A stretch of DNA of 64,000 nucleotides from Gemmatimonadaceae bacterium (GCA_045803545.1 JBJMOW010000004.1:416001-480000), one strand, 5' to 3'. Counted from the first letter of the stretch, positions 28,242 through 37,815 are shown. Translations and numbers: made by a program. The notes: generated from the letters alone by a model not told the origin.

Positions 28242-29603
28242 ATGCCCCGCCATCGCGCCATCGTTGCCGACACTTCCGGTGCTACTGCTGAGGATATCCT
28301 CGAGCTGGCTACTGCCAACAATGTCCGGTTCCTACGGCTGCAGTTCACCGACATCCTCGGTATCAACAAAAACGTGGAGTTGCCGGCGTCGCAATTCGAG
28401 AAGGCGCTGGCTGGCGACATCATGTTCGACGGTTCCTCGATAGAAGGTTTTGTCAGGATCGAAGAGTCGGACATGTTGCTGATACCTGATTTCAGCACGT
28501 TTCAGATTTTCCCCTGGGGAGATGAAAAGAGCCGGGTTGCCAGACTTATCTGCGACATCAACACAACGGATGGCAAGCCCTTCGCCGGGGATCCGCGCTC
28601 AGTCCTGAAAAAAGTGATCGCTCGCGCCGCCAGGCTCGGATACACAATGAATGCCGGGATGGAAGCGGAGTTCTTCATGTTCAGGCCGCGGCCTGACGAA
28701 GGGCCATCGACGATTACGCATGATGTCGGGTCGTACTTCGATTTGGCACCTGCGGACCTCGGGGAAGATGCTCGTCGCGCCATTGTCGACGTTCTCGAGC
28801 GGATGGGGTTTGAGGTCGAGGCGGCGCATCACGAGGTTGCCCACGGCCAGCATGAGATTGATTTCCGTTACGCGGAAGCCCTGAAGACCGCCGACAACAT
28901 CACCACCTTCAGATTCGTGGTGAAATACGTAGCCCGAACCTTCGGGCTTACTGCGTCGTTCATGCCGAAGCCGATCTTCGGGCAAAACGGCAGCGGCATG
29001 CACACACATCAGTCGCTATTTCGCGGCAATGAGAATGCCTTCTGGGACGACCGCGCTGAGTGGGAGCTATCGCCGACAGCGCTGCATTACATCGGTGGTT
29101 TGTTGAAACATGCTCGCGGGTTCACCGCGATCACGAATCCCCTGGTGAACTCCTACAAGAGGCTCGTCCCCGGTTACGAAGCGCCGGTCAACGTTGCGTG
29201 GTCGATGCGAAACAGGTCACCGATGATTCGCATTCCAGACCGGCGCGGTCTGGGGACGCGAATTGAGCTAAGGATTCCGGATCCATCGGCGAATCCCTAC
29301 CTAGCTCTGGCAGTGCAGCTGGCGGCCGGGCTCGACGGCGTGGAGACGAAGGCTGACGCGCGCGAGCCGGTGAACACCAACATCTGGGAAATGTCGCATC
29401 GCGAGCGGCGGCGGCTGAGGATCGACGATCTGCCTCACAACCTCGAAGAAGCCTGTAATGAGCTGGAGAAAGACACGGTGATGACGGAGGCGCTCGGCGA
29501 GCACATCACCAATCACTTTCTGGCGGCGAAGCGCCAGGAGTGGCAGGAGTACATCAGTCAGGTTTCGCCGTGGGAGCTGGAGAATTATTTGGCGAAGTAT
29601 TAG
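28242..29603 (+). CDS. glnA: Glutamine synthetase type I (alpha-like)
   Basis: FDGSSIEGF, HHEVA.GQHEI, FMPKP..G.NGSGMH and KRLVPGYEAP; W in place of the adenylylatable Y (NIWEM). Confidence 0.93.
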   Translation: MPRHRAIVADTSGATAEDILELATANNVRFLRLQFTDILGINKNVELPASQFEKALAGDIMFDGSSIEGFVRIEESDMLLIPDFSTFQIFPWGDEKSRVARLICDINTTDGKPFAGDPRSVLKKVIARAARLGYTMNAGMEAEFFMFRPRPDEGPSTITHDVGSYFDLAPADLGEDARRAIVDVLERMGFEVEAAHHEVAHGQHEIDFRYAEALKTADNITTFRFVVKYVARTFGLTASFMPKPIFGQNGSGMHTHQSLFRGNENAFWDDRAEWELSPTALHYIGGLLKHARGFTAITNPLVNSYKRLVPGYEAPVNVAWSMRNRSPMIRIPDRRGLGTRIELRIPDPSANPYLALAVQLAAGLDGVETKADAREPVNTNIWEMSHRERRRLRIDDLPHNLEEACNELEKDTVMTEALGEHITNHFLAAKRQEWQEYISQVSPWELENYLAKY

Positions 29604-29836
29604 CGGGAGGCGGGAAGCGGGAAGCGGTGACTGAGGCCCCAGGACTAACGGCATCGATGATTGCTGATTAAGTGAGGATTGCAGACAATCGAGGATCCTC
29701 GGTGGTTTTCGGTCGTCACTGAATCCTCGACGATCGATGCGGTTAGTCCTTGAGGCTCAGTTGGCCCTGCCGCTTCCCGCTTCCCGCTTCCCGCTTCCCG
29801 CTTCCCGCTTCCCGCTTCCCGCTTCCCGCTTCCCGC
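29603..29836. repeat. Intergenic fold-back element: about 3 GCGGGAA units, a long imperfect inverted repeat, and 9 perfect GCTTCCC units
   Basis: Arms ACTGAG/CTCAGT, AGGACTAAC/GTTAGTCCT, GCATCGAT/ATCGATGC and GAGGATT/AATCCTC; heptamer array at 29772-29834. Confidence 0.85.
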
Positions 29837-29912
29837 CGAACGCCAGATCGACGACGGTGTATAACACTTTTCACTTTGCGAATACTTCAGAAGGGACGGG
29901 AGCACCACGACA

Positions 29913-30218
29913 ATGGAACCACGGATGGATTTTGACGGTGCCGGCGGCATCGATTTCAGTCGCCTCGAGCGAAGCCTAGCGCTCAAGGGCAACCGAGTTG
30001 GCGAAGGCATCTACCATTTTTCCGGCGGCGCCCAGGATCACTGGGTCGACCTCTACAACGCGCATCACCCGCGATGCGATTGCGGTGATCATCTATGGCG
30101 CGAGCGGATCTGCAAGCACATCCTCGCCGCGCTGATCAGGGAAGGAAATGAGAACGTGGTGCGTGCGCTCGGCGATGTCGTCGAGCGCTTGCGCACCACG
30201 CGGGAAGCAGCCGCTTGA
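29913..30218 (+). CDS. Stand-alone SWIM zinc-finger protein
   Basis: CDC.D......CKHILA (CxC-xn-CxH). An alternative start at 29925 is possible. Confidence 0.8.
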   Translation: MEPRMDFDGAGGIDFSRLERSLALKGNRVGEGIYHFSGGAQDHWVDLYNAHHPRCDCGDHLWRERICKHILAALIREGNENVVRALGDVVERLRTTREAAA

Positions 30219-30245
30219 AGTACTACGGTCGGGTCGTCAGTTACG

Positions 30246-30491
30246 CTAACGACTCGACCGCTTTCTTCCGCCACCGGAGCGTTTTCTGCCGCCACGCTTG
30301 CGGGGAACTTTAGCTCCCTTTTTTCTCGCTTCCGACAAGCCGATTGCGATTGCCTGCTTCCGGCTCTTCACTCTCTTGCCACTGCGGCCCGATTTGAGAG
30401 TTCCCTTCTTACGACGACGCATCGCGCTTTCGACACGCTTTGACGCGGCCTTACCATAACGCTTGCGCCCGGATGATTTTCTTGCCGCCAT
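30246..30491 (-). CDS. DUF6496-type small basic protein
   Basis: AM...K.GTLKSG.SG..VKSRKQAIAIGLSEAR..G.KVP signature; AGGGG SD. Confidence 0.85.
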   Translation of the reverse strand: MAARKSSGRKRYGKAASKRVESAMRRRKKGTLKSGRSGKRVKSRKQAIAIGLSEARKKGAKVPRKRGGRKRSGGGRKRSSR

Positions 30492-30582
30492 TGCGGTCCC
30501 CCTTTGATTGGTGCTGGTTCCCGTTCGACTGGCGCATGTTGTGCCATAGAACGGGTAATCCCTCGAACATCATTATCTGTAC

Positions 30583-30969
30583 ATGGCCAGTCGCACCGGT
30601 CTCGAAGCCGAAGCCATCACACGTTTAACCGACGGACTCCAGCCGCCGGGGGTTCGGGCAATTCTCGTGCAATGTCTGGCCGGGGAGGTCGCCCCGTCGT
30701 CCGCAATTTCACAAATGTTGCAGAGTGGTGGCGCGCTGACAGTTCGCGCGACGATCGATGAAGTCACACATCGCGCGGCGACACTCTCGCGTGCGAGCGA
30801 TCGTCTCGTCCAGGATCGCGTCGACGAGCTGACCCAGATTTTCGTCGAGCAGGTTGCTTCGATGGCGGATGTTAGTGACGGAATCAAACGCGCACCGAAT
30901 TCAGTCGCGCGTGGAACGGAATCGCCTCTCGGGTTCAACGAAGAGAACGCCGGCAACTCGCCTGAATAG
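30583..30969 (+). CDS. Hypothetical protein (128 aa)
   Basis: ATG-started ORF that fills the gap; no motif recognised. Confidence 0.5.
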   Translation: MASRTGLEAEAITRLTDGLQPPGVRAILVQCLAGEVAPSSAISQMLQSGGALTVRATIDEVTHRAATLSRASDRLVQDRVDELTQIFVEQVASMADVSDGIKRAPNSVARGTESPLGFNEENAGNSPE

Positions 30970-31007
30970 CGGGGCGGGACTGCGGTCCGCGCCGTACATT
31001 TCGCCAA

Positions 31008-33275
31008 ATGAGGGGGTTTTCCACGAGGATCGCGGTGCGCTCCGTGGTTGTCGGACTGACAATCGCGTGCGGCGATGCATCGGGGCCGCCAGCCAATCCA
31101 CCGGCAAACATCCTCGTCGTTTCGGGTGACGCGCAGGCGGGAATTCAGGTCGGCGGCAAGCTTCCGCTACCACTAACTGCGAAGGTAGTCGATACCGACG
31201 GCAACGCAGTTCCGCGCACGACAGTTACATGGAATACAAGTAGCGGTACGCTGAGCGCGGCTACAACAATCACCGACGGCCAAGGTCTCACTTCAGTCGA
31301 GTGGACTGTCGGCACAGCTTCCGGACAGCAGACAACGACGGCGAAAACCGCCGGACGTAGCGCGATCTTCAGCGAGCAGGTGGTCCCCGGTCCGTTGACC
31401 CAAGTCATCCTGTCGCGTGACACGGTGCGATTGCTCGGAATCGGCGATTCCTTCCGTTTGATTGCGCGCGCCGCTGATCAATATGGCAACTCTGTGCCGG
31501 TGCCGACTACAATTGCGGCAGCCGATACCTCGATCATCAGCGCCGACAATTTTGGTAACGGCGCAATTCTGACTGCGCGCGCGTCCGACAAGACAACGAC
31601 GCTTCAGGCGACTGCGGGTGGTGTTGCAAAGTCGGGAACGGTGATCGTCCTGCCGCCACCGTGTCAGGCCGGCGCCACAATCTCGGAACTAGCCGTCGGC
31701 GAACTCGCGGCCTTCAGTGGAGCGAATGCGTCAGAGTTCTGCGTTCAGGGAGCGGCTTCGGCCGCTGAGTTTGTCGCAATTCCGTACTACTCTGATTTCG
31801 CCGCCGGGCTGCTTCGCATCTCCATTGCGACCGGTGGCACAACCGTAGGCACGAGCGCAACCCGCGTTACAGCGCCAGCCTTTCAAACGAACGTCAGCAA
31901 TCAACGCGCTCAGCTAAAGCCCGACGATGCATTCGAGCTGAGTCTCAGAGAGCGGTCGATCAAAGAGCTGACGCCGCTCATTCCAGCGGCGCGAAAGGCG
32001 AAGGCGACCGGTGGCGGACGGTTCAACATGCAGGTATCGGGGCCACAGATTGGCGACGTACTTAAGCTGAACACGAATTCGTCGTCCGCGTGCTCCAACG
32101 CGTTTGTGCGAACCGGCCGAGTGGTCGCCATCACCAATCGCGCGGTCGTCGTAGCCGATACGGCAAATCCGGCGGACGGTTATACGACTGCGGATTATCA
32201 GGCTTTTGGCTCAGCGTTCGATACGCTGGTGTATCCGGTCGACACCTCGAATTTTGGCGCGCCGACTGACATCGACAACAACCAGCACGTGATTCTGTTC
32301 TTTACGCGTGCTGTGAACGAGCTCACTCCGCCGCAGCAGAGTTTCTACGTCGGCGGATTCTTCTTCAGCCGGGATCTCTTCCCGGTCACAGCGACCAACA
32401 GCGTCACCGGTTGTGCGACGAGCAACTTCGCCGAGATGTTCTACCTGCTGGTGCCGGATCCGACGGGGAGCGTGAATCAGAACGTGCGGACCGTCGATTT
32501 CGTTCGATCCGTCACCGTCGCCACGCTCGCGCACGAGTTTCAGCATTTGATCAATGCCGGTCGACATCTGTACGTCAACACCAGCAACGGTGTCTTCGAA
32601 GATCCATTCCTCGACGAAGGCTTATCGCACGAAGCCGAGGAGCTGCTTTTCTACCGCGCTGCCGGACTGAGCCCGGGGCAAAACATCAGCTACGATCAGA
32701 TCCAGCAATCACCGCAGTTGAAAGACGCCTTCGATGCTTATGGAGTCATCAACTTCCGCAGATTGCGCGAGTATCTGGTCAACCCGTTGACGAATTCACC
32801 GTACGCGGCCAATACGAATCTCACCACTCGCGGCGCGATTTGGTCCTTCCTTCGCTACGCCGCGGACCGACGGGGTGGTGACCAGGCCCAAATGTGGTTC
32901 GATCTCGTGAACGCGTCTGCCAACGTGCACGGCATCGGAAACCTGACGCACGTTATCACCCAGGATCTGAGTGGATGGGTACGGGATTGGACGATCGCGA
33001 ATTACGCCGACGATTTCGTTCCGGGGGTGCAAGGCATTTACACCCATCCGAGCTGGAACATGCGGTCGATCGGTGCGGCTGTGAATCAGGGTGTATGGCC
33101 GATGCCGACCATCCCGCTCGATTCAGTGAACGTCACCTTTGTCGGAGTCGGCGACGGTGGCGCTGCCTATCTGCGGTTTGGCATACCCGCCGGCAAGGTC
33201 GGCGGCGGCCGTCTCACGGCGCGCGGAGGAATAGCACCAACCACCTTCACGATCTCGATTCTTCGCACAAAGTAG
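31008..33275 (+). CDS. Lipoprotein with Ig-like domains and an HEXXH metallopeptidase domain
   Basis: Lipobox TIAC; Big_1-like VVSGD.Q...V.D..GN.V...TD..G...W; TLAHEFQH...DEGL zincin motif. Confidence 0.8.
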   Translation: MRGFSTRIAVRSVVVGLTIACGDASGPPANPPANILVVSGDAQAGIQVGGKLPLPLTAKVVDTDGNAVPRTTVTWNTSSGTLSAATTITDGQGLTSVEWTVGTASGQQTTTAKTAGRSAIFSEQVVPGPLTQVILSRDTVRLLGIGDSFRLIARAADQYGNSVPVPTTIAAADTSIISADNFGNGAILTARASDKTTTLQATAGGVAKSGTVIVLPPPCQAGATISELAVGELAAFSGANASEFCVQGAASAAEFVAIPYYSDFAAGLLRISIATGGTTVGTSATRVTAPAFQTNVSNQRAQLKPDDAFELSLRERSIKELTPLIPAARKAKATGGGRFNMQVSGPQIGDVLKLNTNSSSACSNAFVRTGRVVAITNRAVVVADTANPADGYTTADYQAFGSAFDTLVYPVDTSNFGAPTDIDNNQHVILFFTRAVNELTPPQQSFYVGGFFFSRDLFPVTATNSVTGCATSNFAEMFYLLVPDPTGSVNQNVRTVDFVRSVTVATLAHEFQHLINAGRHLYVNTSNGVFEDPFLDEGLSHEAEELLFYRAAGLSPGQNISYDQIQQSPQLKDAFDAYGVINFRRLREYLVNPLTNSPYAANTNLTTRGAIWSFLRYAADRRGGDQAQMWFDLVNASANVHGIGNLTHVITQDLSGWVRDWTIANYADDFVPGVQGIYTHPSWNMRSIGAAVNQGVWPMPTIPLDSVNVTFVGVGDGGAAYLRFGIPAGKVGGGRLTARGGIAPTTFTISILRTK

Positions 33276-33277
33276 CC

Positions 33278-33532
33278 TTACTGCTGCTCCCATTCCTTTG
33301 TATCGCGCCGCTCCGACTGTCGACGGTCGCCTGTTCGGCGATCCTTCTTCGATCTGGCACGAAGCCAGCGCCAGGTAGCGACGACCGCGACTCCCAGAAT
33401 GATCCAATAGAACGGCAGCAGTAGCTCGTGCAATGCGGGAGCGCTGATCTCGAGCCAGTAGACGAGGGCGATGAACAACAGCGACACTCCCCATACAACC
33501 AGCAGTTGACGCGGCCTACGGCCGTAGATCAT
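33278..33532 (-). CDS. Small two-TM membrane protein with a DRR/ERR-repeat tail
   Basis: Two hydrophobic helices, then KKDRRTGDRRQSERR. Confidence 0.6.
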   Translation of the reverse strand: MIYGRRPRQLLVVWGVSLLFIALVYWLEISAPALHELLLPFYWIILGVAVVATWRWLRARSKKDRRTGDRRQSERRDTKEWEQQ

Positions 33533-33540
33533 TGGGCTCC

Positions 33541-34206
33541 ATGGCAAAGCGTCCCTTCGATATCCACCAGGTGCTCTCGCGAATCAGGCATGAAGTTAAG
33601 CAGTTTGCCGATGCCGCGATGTTCGACCTGGCCGACCAGGGATACGCGACTCCGTTTCATCAGCTTGCCGCGTGTGTAATCTCGATCAGAACTCTGGATG
33701 AAGTGTCGCTTCCCGCAGCGATCAGGCTGTTCAAAGCGGCACCGACGCCGGAGGAAATCAGCCGCCTTAGCGTTCGCAGGATCGCGACGCTTATTCGTCC
33801 GGCCAGCTTCTACGAGACGAAAGCATACAACATCAGAGATATGGCGAAGCGGGTCGTCGATGATTTCGATGGTGAGCTGCCGTGCGACTACGATGTGATG
33901 ACTTCCTTTCGCGGTGTCGGACCCAAGTGCGCAAATCTCACACTTGGGATTGCGTGTGGGGCGACGAAAATCAGCGTCGACATTCACGTGCACCGTGTCA
34001 CCAACCGCTGGGGATACGTTCGGGCAGCAGAGCCCGAAGGCACGCGTGAGGCGCTCGAGAAAGTACTGCCGAAAAAATACTGGGTGGAAATCAATCGGCT
34101 GCTGGTGCCCTTCGGAAAACACGTCTGCACCGGCCGGCTGCCGAAGTGCTCAACCTGTCCTGTCCTGGAGTATTGTCGGCAGGTAGGCGTAACTGCCCAT
34201 CGCTAG
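33541..34206 (+). CDS. nth: Endonuclease III
   Basis: HhH GVGPKCA, VDIHVHR, and 4Fe-4S motif C-x6-C-x2-C-x5-C. Confidence 0.93.
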   Translation: MAKRPFDIHQVLSRIRHEVKQFADAAMFDLADQGYATPFHQLAACVISIRTLDEVSLPAAIRLFKAAPTPEEISRLSVRRIATLIRPASFYETKAYNIRDMAKRVVDDFDGELPCDYDVMTSFRGVGPKCANLTLGIACGATKISVDIHVHRVTNRWGYVRAAEPEGTREALEKVLPKKYWVEINRLLVPFGKHVCTGRLPKCSTCPVLEYCRQVGVTAHR

Positions 34207-34706
34207 CGGCCGTCGGTCGCAAGTCGCTGCAGTGGCTCGCCCGTCAACCGGAACGTTGTCCACTGGTCCTGCTCCTTCGCTCCGATTCTGTTGTAGAAGT
34301 CGATTGCAAGCTGGTTCCAGGTGAGCACGGACCAATCTATTCGCCCGCAATCTCGCTCTACCGCGATGCGTGCCAGCTCACGCAAGAGCGCGAAGCCGAC
34401 GCCGTGCTTGCGCGCTGATGGTCTGACGAAGAGATCCTCGAGGTATATCCCGCGCTTACCGAGCCAGGTCGAGTAGTTGTGAAAGAACAGGGCAAAACCG
34501 ACTGGCTGATTGGCGACGTAGGCGATGATGACTTCGGCCGCCGGCCGCTCTCCGAACAACGTCTCGGCCAAATCTCTCTCGGTGACAGGCGCTTCGCCTG
34601 GAAGCGCCTTCTCGTACTCGGCAAGCTCCAGGATGAACTGACGGATGAGAGGGATGTCGGCCCTGGTTGCCTGAACGATCTCGAGTTTGGTGGAAGTGCT
34701 GCTCAT
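34203..34706 (-). CDS. GNAT N-acetyltransferase (diamine/SSAT-like)
   Basis: ELA.YE, YSTW.G..GIYLEDLFV.P..R..G.G and WN..AI.FY. Confidence 0.88.
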   Translation of the reverse strand: MSSTSTKLEIVQATRADIPLIRQFILELAEYEKALPGEAPVTERDLAETLFGERPAAEVIIAYVANQPVGFALFFHNYSTWLGKRGIYLEDLFVRPSARKHGVGFALLRELARIAVERDCGRIDWSVLTWNQLAIDFYNRIGAKEQDQWTTFRLTGEPLQRLATDGR

Positions 34707-34757
34707 TTGCGGATTATCAGACTGGCACAAATGGGTGTCAATGCCATCTTTCGCGGG

Positions 34758-37211
34758 ATGAACAGACGATTCGTAGTTCTCTCAACGATGACGCTCATCG
34801 GCTGCAGTGCGCCTTCGCCGCAAGTTGATTCAGAAGTTCTGACGCAGGATGCAGGTGGAGCGCGACGACTCCCCACGGGAGCAATGCTCGATCCCGCGGG
34901 AACCTCGATCGACCTAGGGCCGTTGCCATTGGCGATGACTTTCTCTCCCGACAGAAACCGCCTGATCTTTCTACTCAACGGCTGGCGCGAGCAGGGAATC
35001 CAGATCGTCGATCGTCGATCGGGCAGCGTCGTTCAGAAAGTGAATCTGCCAGCGGTCTTTCTCGGGATGGTCTTCAGTCCGGATGGCAGATCGCTATACG
35101 TCTCCGGCGGAAACCAGGATGTCATCTACCGATTCGATTGGCGCGACGGAACTGCGACGCTCGCGGATTCAATCGCGTTGGCGTTCAAGGATCCCGGACA
35201 CAGCGGGACGCGTTATCCGGCCGGCATTGCGATCTCGAATGACGGACGGACGCTATATGCTGCTGAGAATCTCGCAGACTCGGTGGCAGTAATCGATATC
35301 GCTTCTCGACGGGTCGTTCAGCGACTGCCAACCGAGAAATATCCGTACGGGGTGGTTGTTGGACGTGACGGCCTCGTCTACGTCTCAGCCTGGAATGGCT
35401 GGACGGTGTCGGCGTTTCCGCCGCGCGCAAACGGCACTCTGGAAAATGGAACGCGCATTCGTGTCGGGCGGCATCCCTCAGCGATGGTACTGAGTCCGGA
35501 CGGAAGCCGACTGTTCGTAGCCTCTGGCAGCACCGACAAAATTTCGGTCGTCGATACCCGACGGCTACAAGTCGTGACGACGTTGAGCGATCCGGTGCCG
35601 GCGGCGACGAACGAAGGCAGTACCCCCAACGCACTCGCGGTGTCGCCGGATGGCAGCAGGCTGTTCGTGGCAGAGGCCGACAACAACGCGATCGCGGTGT
35701 TCACGTTGTCTGCCGGCACATCCGGCGTTGCAACTGTTCCAACCGCGGACTCGTTGATTGGAAGGATTCCTGTCGGCTGGTACCCGGCGGGAGTTCTGGT
35801 TGACGGCGCTGACATCCTGGTTGCGAATGCAAAGGGCCGCGGCACGGCACCGAACCCGAAACACTGGCAGCCCGGACAACACATGCCGGCTCACACGCCC
35901 GACTACACCCTTGGCCAAATCAACGGAACTTTCACGACGCTGCCGCTCGCAGATGCGAGTGCAACCGAGCTCGCCCCTTTTTCCACACGTGTCGCTGTTG
36001 CCAATAACTGGAACGCATCGCGCCCCGACAAGTCGTATCCGCCGTTCGAGCACGTCATCTACATCATCAAGGAAAATCGAACCTACGATCAGGTATTAGG
36101 CGACCTGTCGCAGGCGGACGGAGACACATCGCTGGTTTTCTTTCCGCGCAATGTTTCACCGAACCACCATGCGCTCGCCGAGCGGTTCGGAATCTTTGAT
36201 CGGTTTTTCGTAAACGCGGAAGTCAGTCCCGATGGCCACAACTGGTCGACTGCCGCGTACGTCACGGATTACGGCGAGAAGACAATTCCATCGCACTATT
36301 CCGACCGCGGGCGCACTTACGACTATCAGGGATCAAATCGCGACTCGATTCCTGTCGACGATGTCATGGAGCCAGCTAGTGGCTATTTGTGGGATCTCGC
36401 AGAGCGTGCCGGCATTTCTTATCGGAATTACGGCGAGTTCGTAGGCGAGGACGATATGGGGTCAGGGTCGTCTGTCACGGGCGTCGCTCTGAAACGAGCG
36501 TTGATCGGCCATATCAATCCTTCATACTCCGGTTGGAATCTCGACATTCCCGATCAGGTGCGAGCGGACGTGTGGATCAAGGAATTTCAGGAATTCGTGA
36601 AGGCGGGGAAGATGCCCGCGCTCGAGATACTCGCGCTGCCGAACGATCATACCTCAGGCTCGACGGCTAACAGGCCGACGCCGCGCGCTTACATGGCCGA
36701 CAACGATCTCGCACTCGGCCGGATTGTCGAAGCGCTTTCGAAGAGCCCGTTCTGGAAGAACACGGTGATCTTCGTGCTGGAAGATGACGCGCAGGATGGC
36801 CCCGACCATGTGGACTCACATCGGTCTCCGCTTCTCGTGGTGTCAGCATGGAATCGCGGAAGGGTCTTCCACCGTTTCGCCAATACTTCGGACGTGGTCG
36901 CCACCATCGAAGAGATACTTGGACTCGGCACAATGTCGCAGTTCGACCATTACGGACGTCCATTCCGCGAGATCTGGGAATCGACGCCGGACCTCGCGCC
37001 TTATGTCGCGCTTCGCCCCAGCATTCCTCTCGACCAGAAGAACCCGCCTAGGACCGCTCTCGCTGAGGCATCGAAGAAGCTGAGGCTCGATAAAGTCGAC
37101 ATGGCTGACGAGAACCTGTTCAACCACATCCTCTGGAGCGCTATCAAGGGCGATAAGCCTTATCCTGGTTCGACCAGAATGTCAGCGCTCGAGGCGAAGC
37201 TCTCCAGGTGA
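34758..37211 (+). CDS. YncE/YVTN beta-propeller plus phosphoesterase (alkaline-phosphatase superfamily) lipoprotein
   Basis: Lipobox LIGC; SPDG propeller repeats; YIIKENRTYDQ, S.DGH.W, LPNDHT and EDDAQDGPDHVDSHRS. Confidence 0.88.
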   Translation: MNRRFVVLSTMTLIGCSAPSPQVDSEVLTQDAGGARRLPTGAMLDPAGTSIDLGPLPLAMTFSPDRNRLIFLLNGWREQGIQIVDRRSGSVVQKVNLPAVFLGMVFSPDGRSLYVSGGNQDVIYRFDWRDGTATLADSIALAFKDPGHSGTRYPAGIAISNDGRTLYAAENLADSVAVIDIASRRVVQRLPTEKYPYGVVVGRDGLVYVSAWNGWTVSAFPPRANGTLENGTRIRVGRHPSAMVLSPDGSRLFVASGSTDKISVVDTRRLQVVTTLSDPVPAATNEGSTPNALAVSPDGSRLFVAEADNNAIAVFTLSAGTSGVATVPTADSLIGRIPVGWYPAGVLVDGADILVANAKGRGTAPNPKHWQPGQHMPAHTPDYTLGQINGTFTTLPLADASATELAPFSTRVAVANNWNASRPDKSYPPFEHVIYIIKENRTYDQVLGDLSQADGDTSLVFFPRNVSPNHHALAERFGIFDRFFVNAEVSPDGHNWSTAAYVTDYGEKTIPSHYSDRGRTYDYQGSNRDSIPVDDVMEPASGYLWDLAERAGISYRNYGEFVGEDDMGSGSSVTGVALKRALIGHINPSYSGWNLDIPDQVRADVWIKEFQEFVKAGKMPALEILALPNDHTSGSTANRPTPRAYMADNDLALGRIVEALSKSPFWKNTVIFVLEDDAQDGPDHVDSHRSPLLVVSAWNRGRVFHRFANTSDVVATIEEILGLGTMSQFDHYGRPFREIWESTPDLAPYVALRPSIPLDQKNPPRTALAEASKKLRLDKVDMADENLFNHILWSAIKGDKPYPGSTRMSALEAKLSR

Positions 37212-37732
37212 GCAGAACGAACCCCCGAGTCGAGGTCGCCCAGGGAATAACGGGCGACGATGCTGCGAGCAGAATGCGACGCGTGCGGATACTCGCACAG
37301 CTGCTCGACAATTCAATCACAATTCCCGGTACCAACCGGAAGATTGGCCTGGATCCGATCGTCGGTTTGATCCCTGGGATCGGGGACCTGATCGGAGCGG
37401 TATTATCGGCCTACATCATTCTCGAAGCGGCACGGGCCGACATATCCGGATTCATGCTGGTGAGAATGGTGGCGAACGTCGGTTTCGATACGCTGCTTGG
37501 CTCGATTCCGGTCGTTGGGGATGTCTTCGACGCGATGTGGAAGTCCAACACCAAGAACGTCGCGATGCTGGAGCGACACGTGTCGAAGCAAACGTCGCAA
37601 TCGGCGCGCGGACGCGGTTACTCGGCAGGCGCGGTCGTTCTGACCGTAATCGCGCTGCTGCTGATCATCGGGGTCGGTCTTCTGCTGGGGATTTTCGTAG
37701 CGCGATTGATCTGGGGCTGGCGAACCCGATAA
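37208..37732 (+). CDS. DUF4112-type membrane protein
   Basis: LD....IPGT...IGLDP..GLIPGIGD and GSIPVVGD.FD..WK.N..N. Confidence 0.85.
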   Translation: MSRTNPRVEVAQGITGDDAASRMRRVRILAQLLDNSITIPGTNRKIGLDPIVGLIPGIGDLIGAVLSAYIILEAARADISGFMLVRMVANVGFDTLLGSIPVVGDVFDAMWKSNTKNVAMLERHVSKQTSQSARGRGYSAGAVVLTVIALLLIIGVGLLLGIFVARLIWGWRTR

Positions 37733-37743
37733 GTTTGTCGCAC

Positions 37744-37815
37744 GGCGCCGTGGCCAAGTGGTAAGGCGGCAGACTGCAAATCTGCTATTCGTCAGTTCGA
37801 TTCTGACCGGCGCCT
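37744..37815 (+). tRNA. tRNA-Cys (GCA); CCA not encoded
   Basis: GGCGCCG/CGGCGCC acceptor stem, AGTGGTA D-loop, GCAGA-CTGCAAA-TCTGC anticodon arm and GTTCGATT T-loop. Confidence 0.96.

Noticed and set aside
29603..29836. CRISPR array
   Set aside because: These are contiguous 7-mers without unique spacers, and there are no cas genes in the window.
29645..30010. ORFs with GSGKREA / FPLPASR repeats
   Set aside because: They are translations of the heptamer array in several frames, with no independent coding signal.
34479..34757. Long N-terminal extensions in the track (also 487-657, 1526-1708, 44485-44673, 61496-61597)
   Set aside because: They mostly overlap neighbouring genes. The downstream starts generally give a proper signal peptide, an SD site or a family-typical N-terminus.
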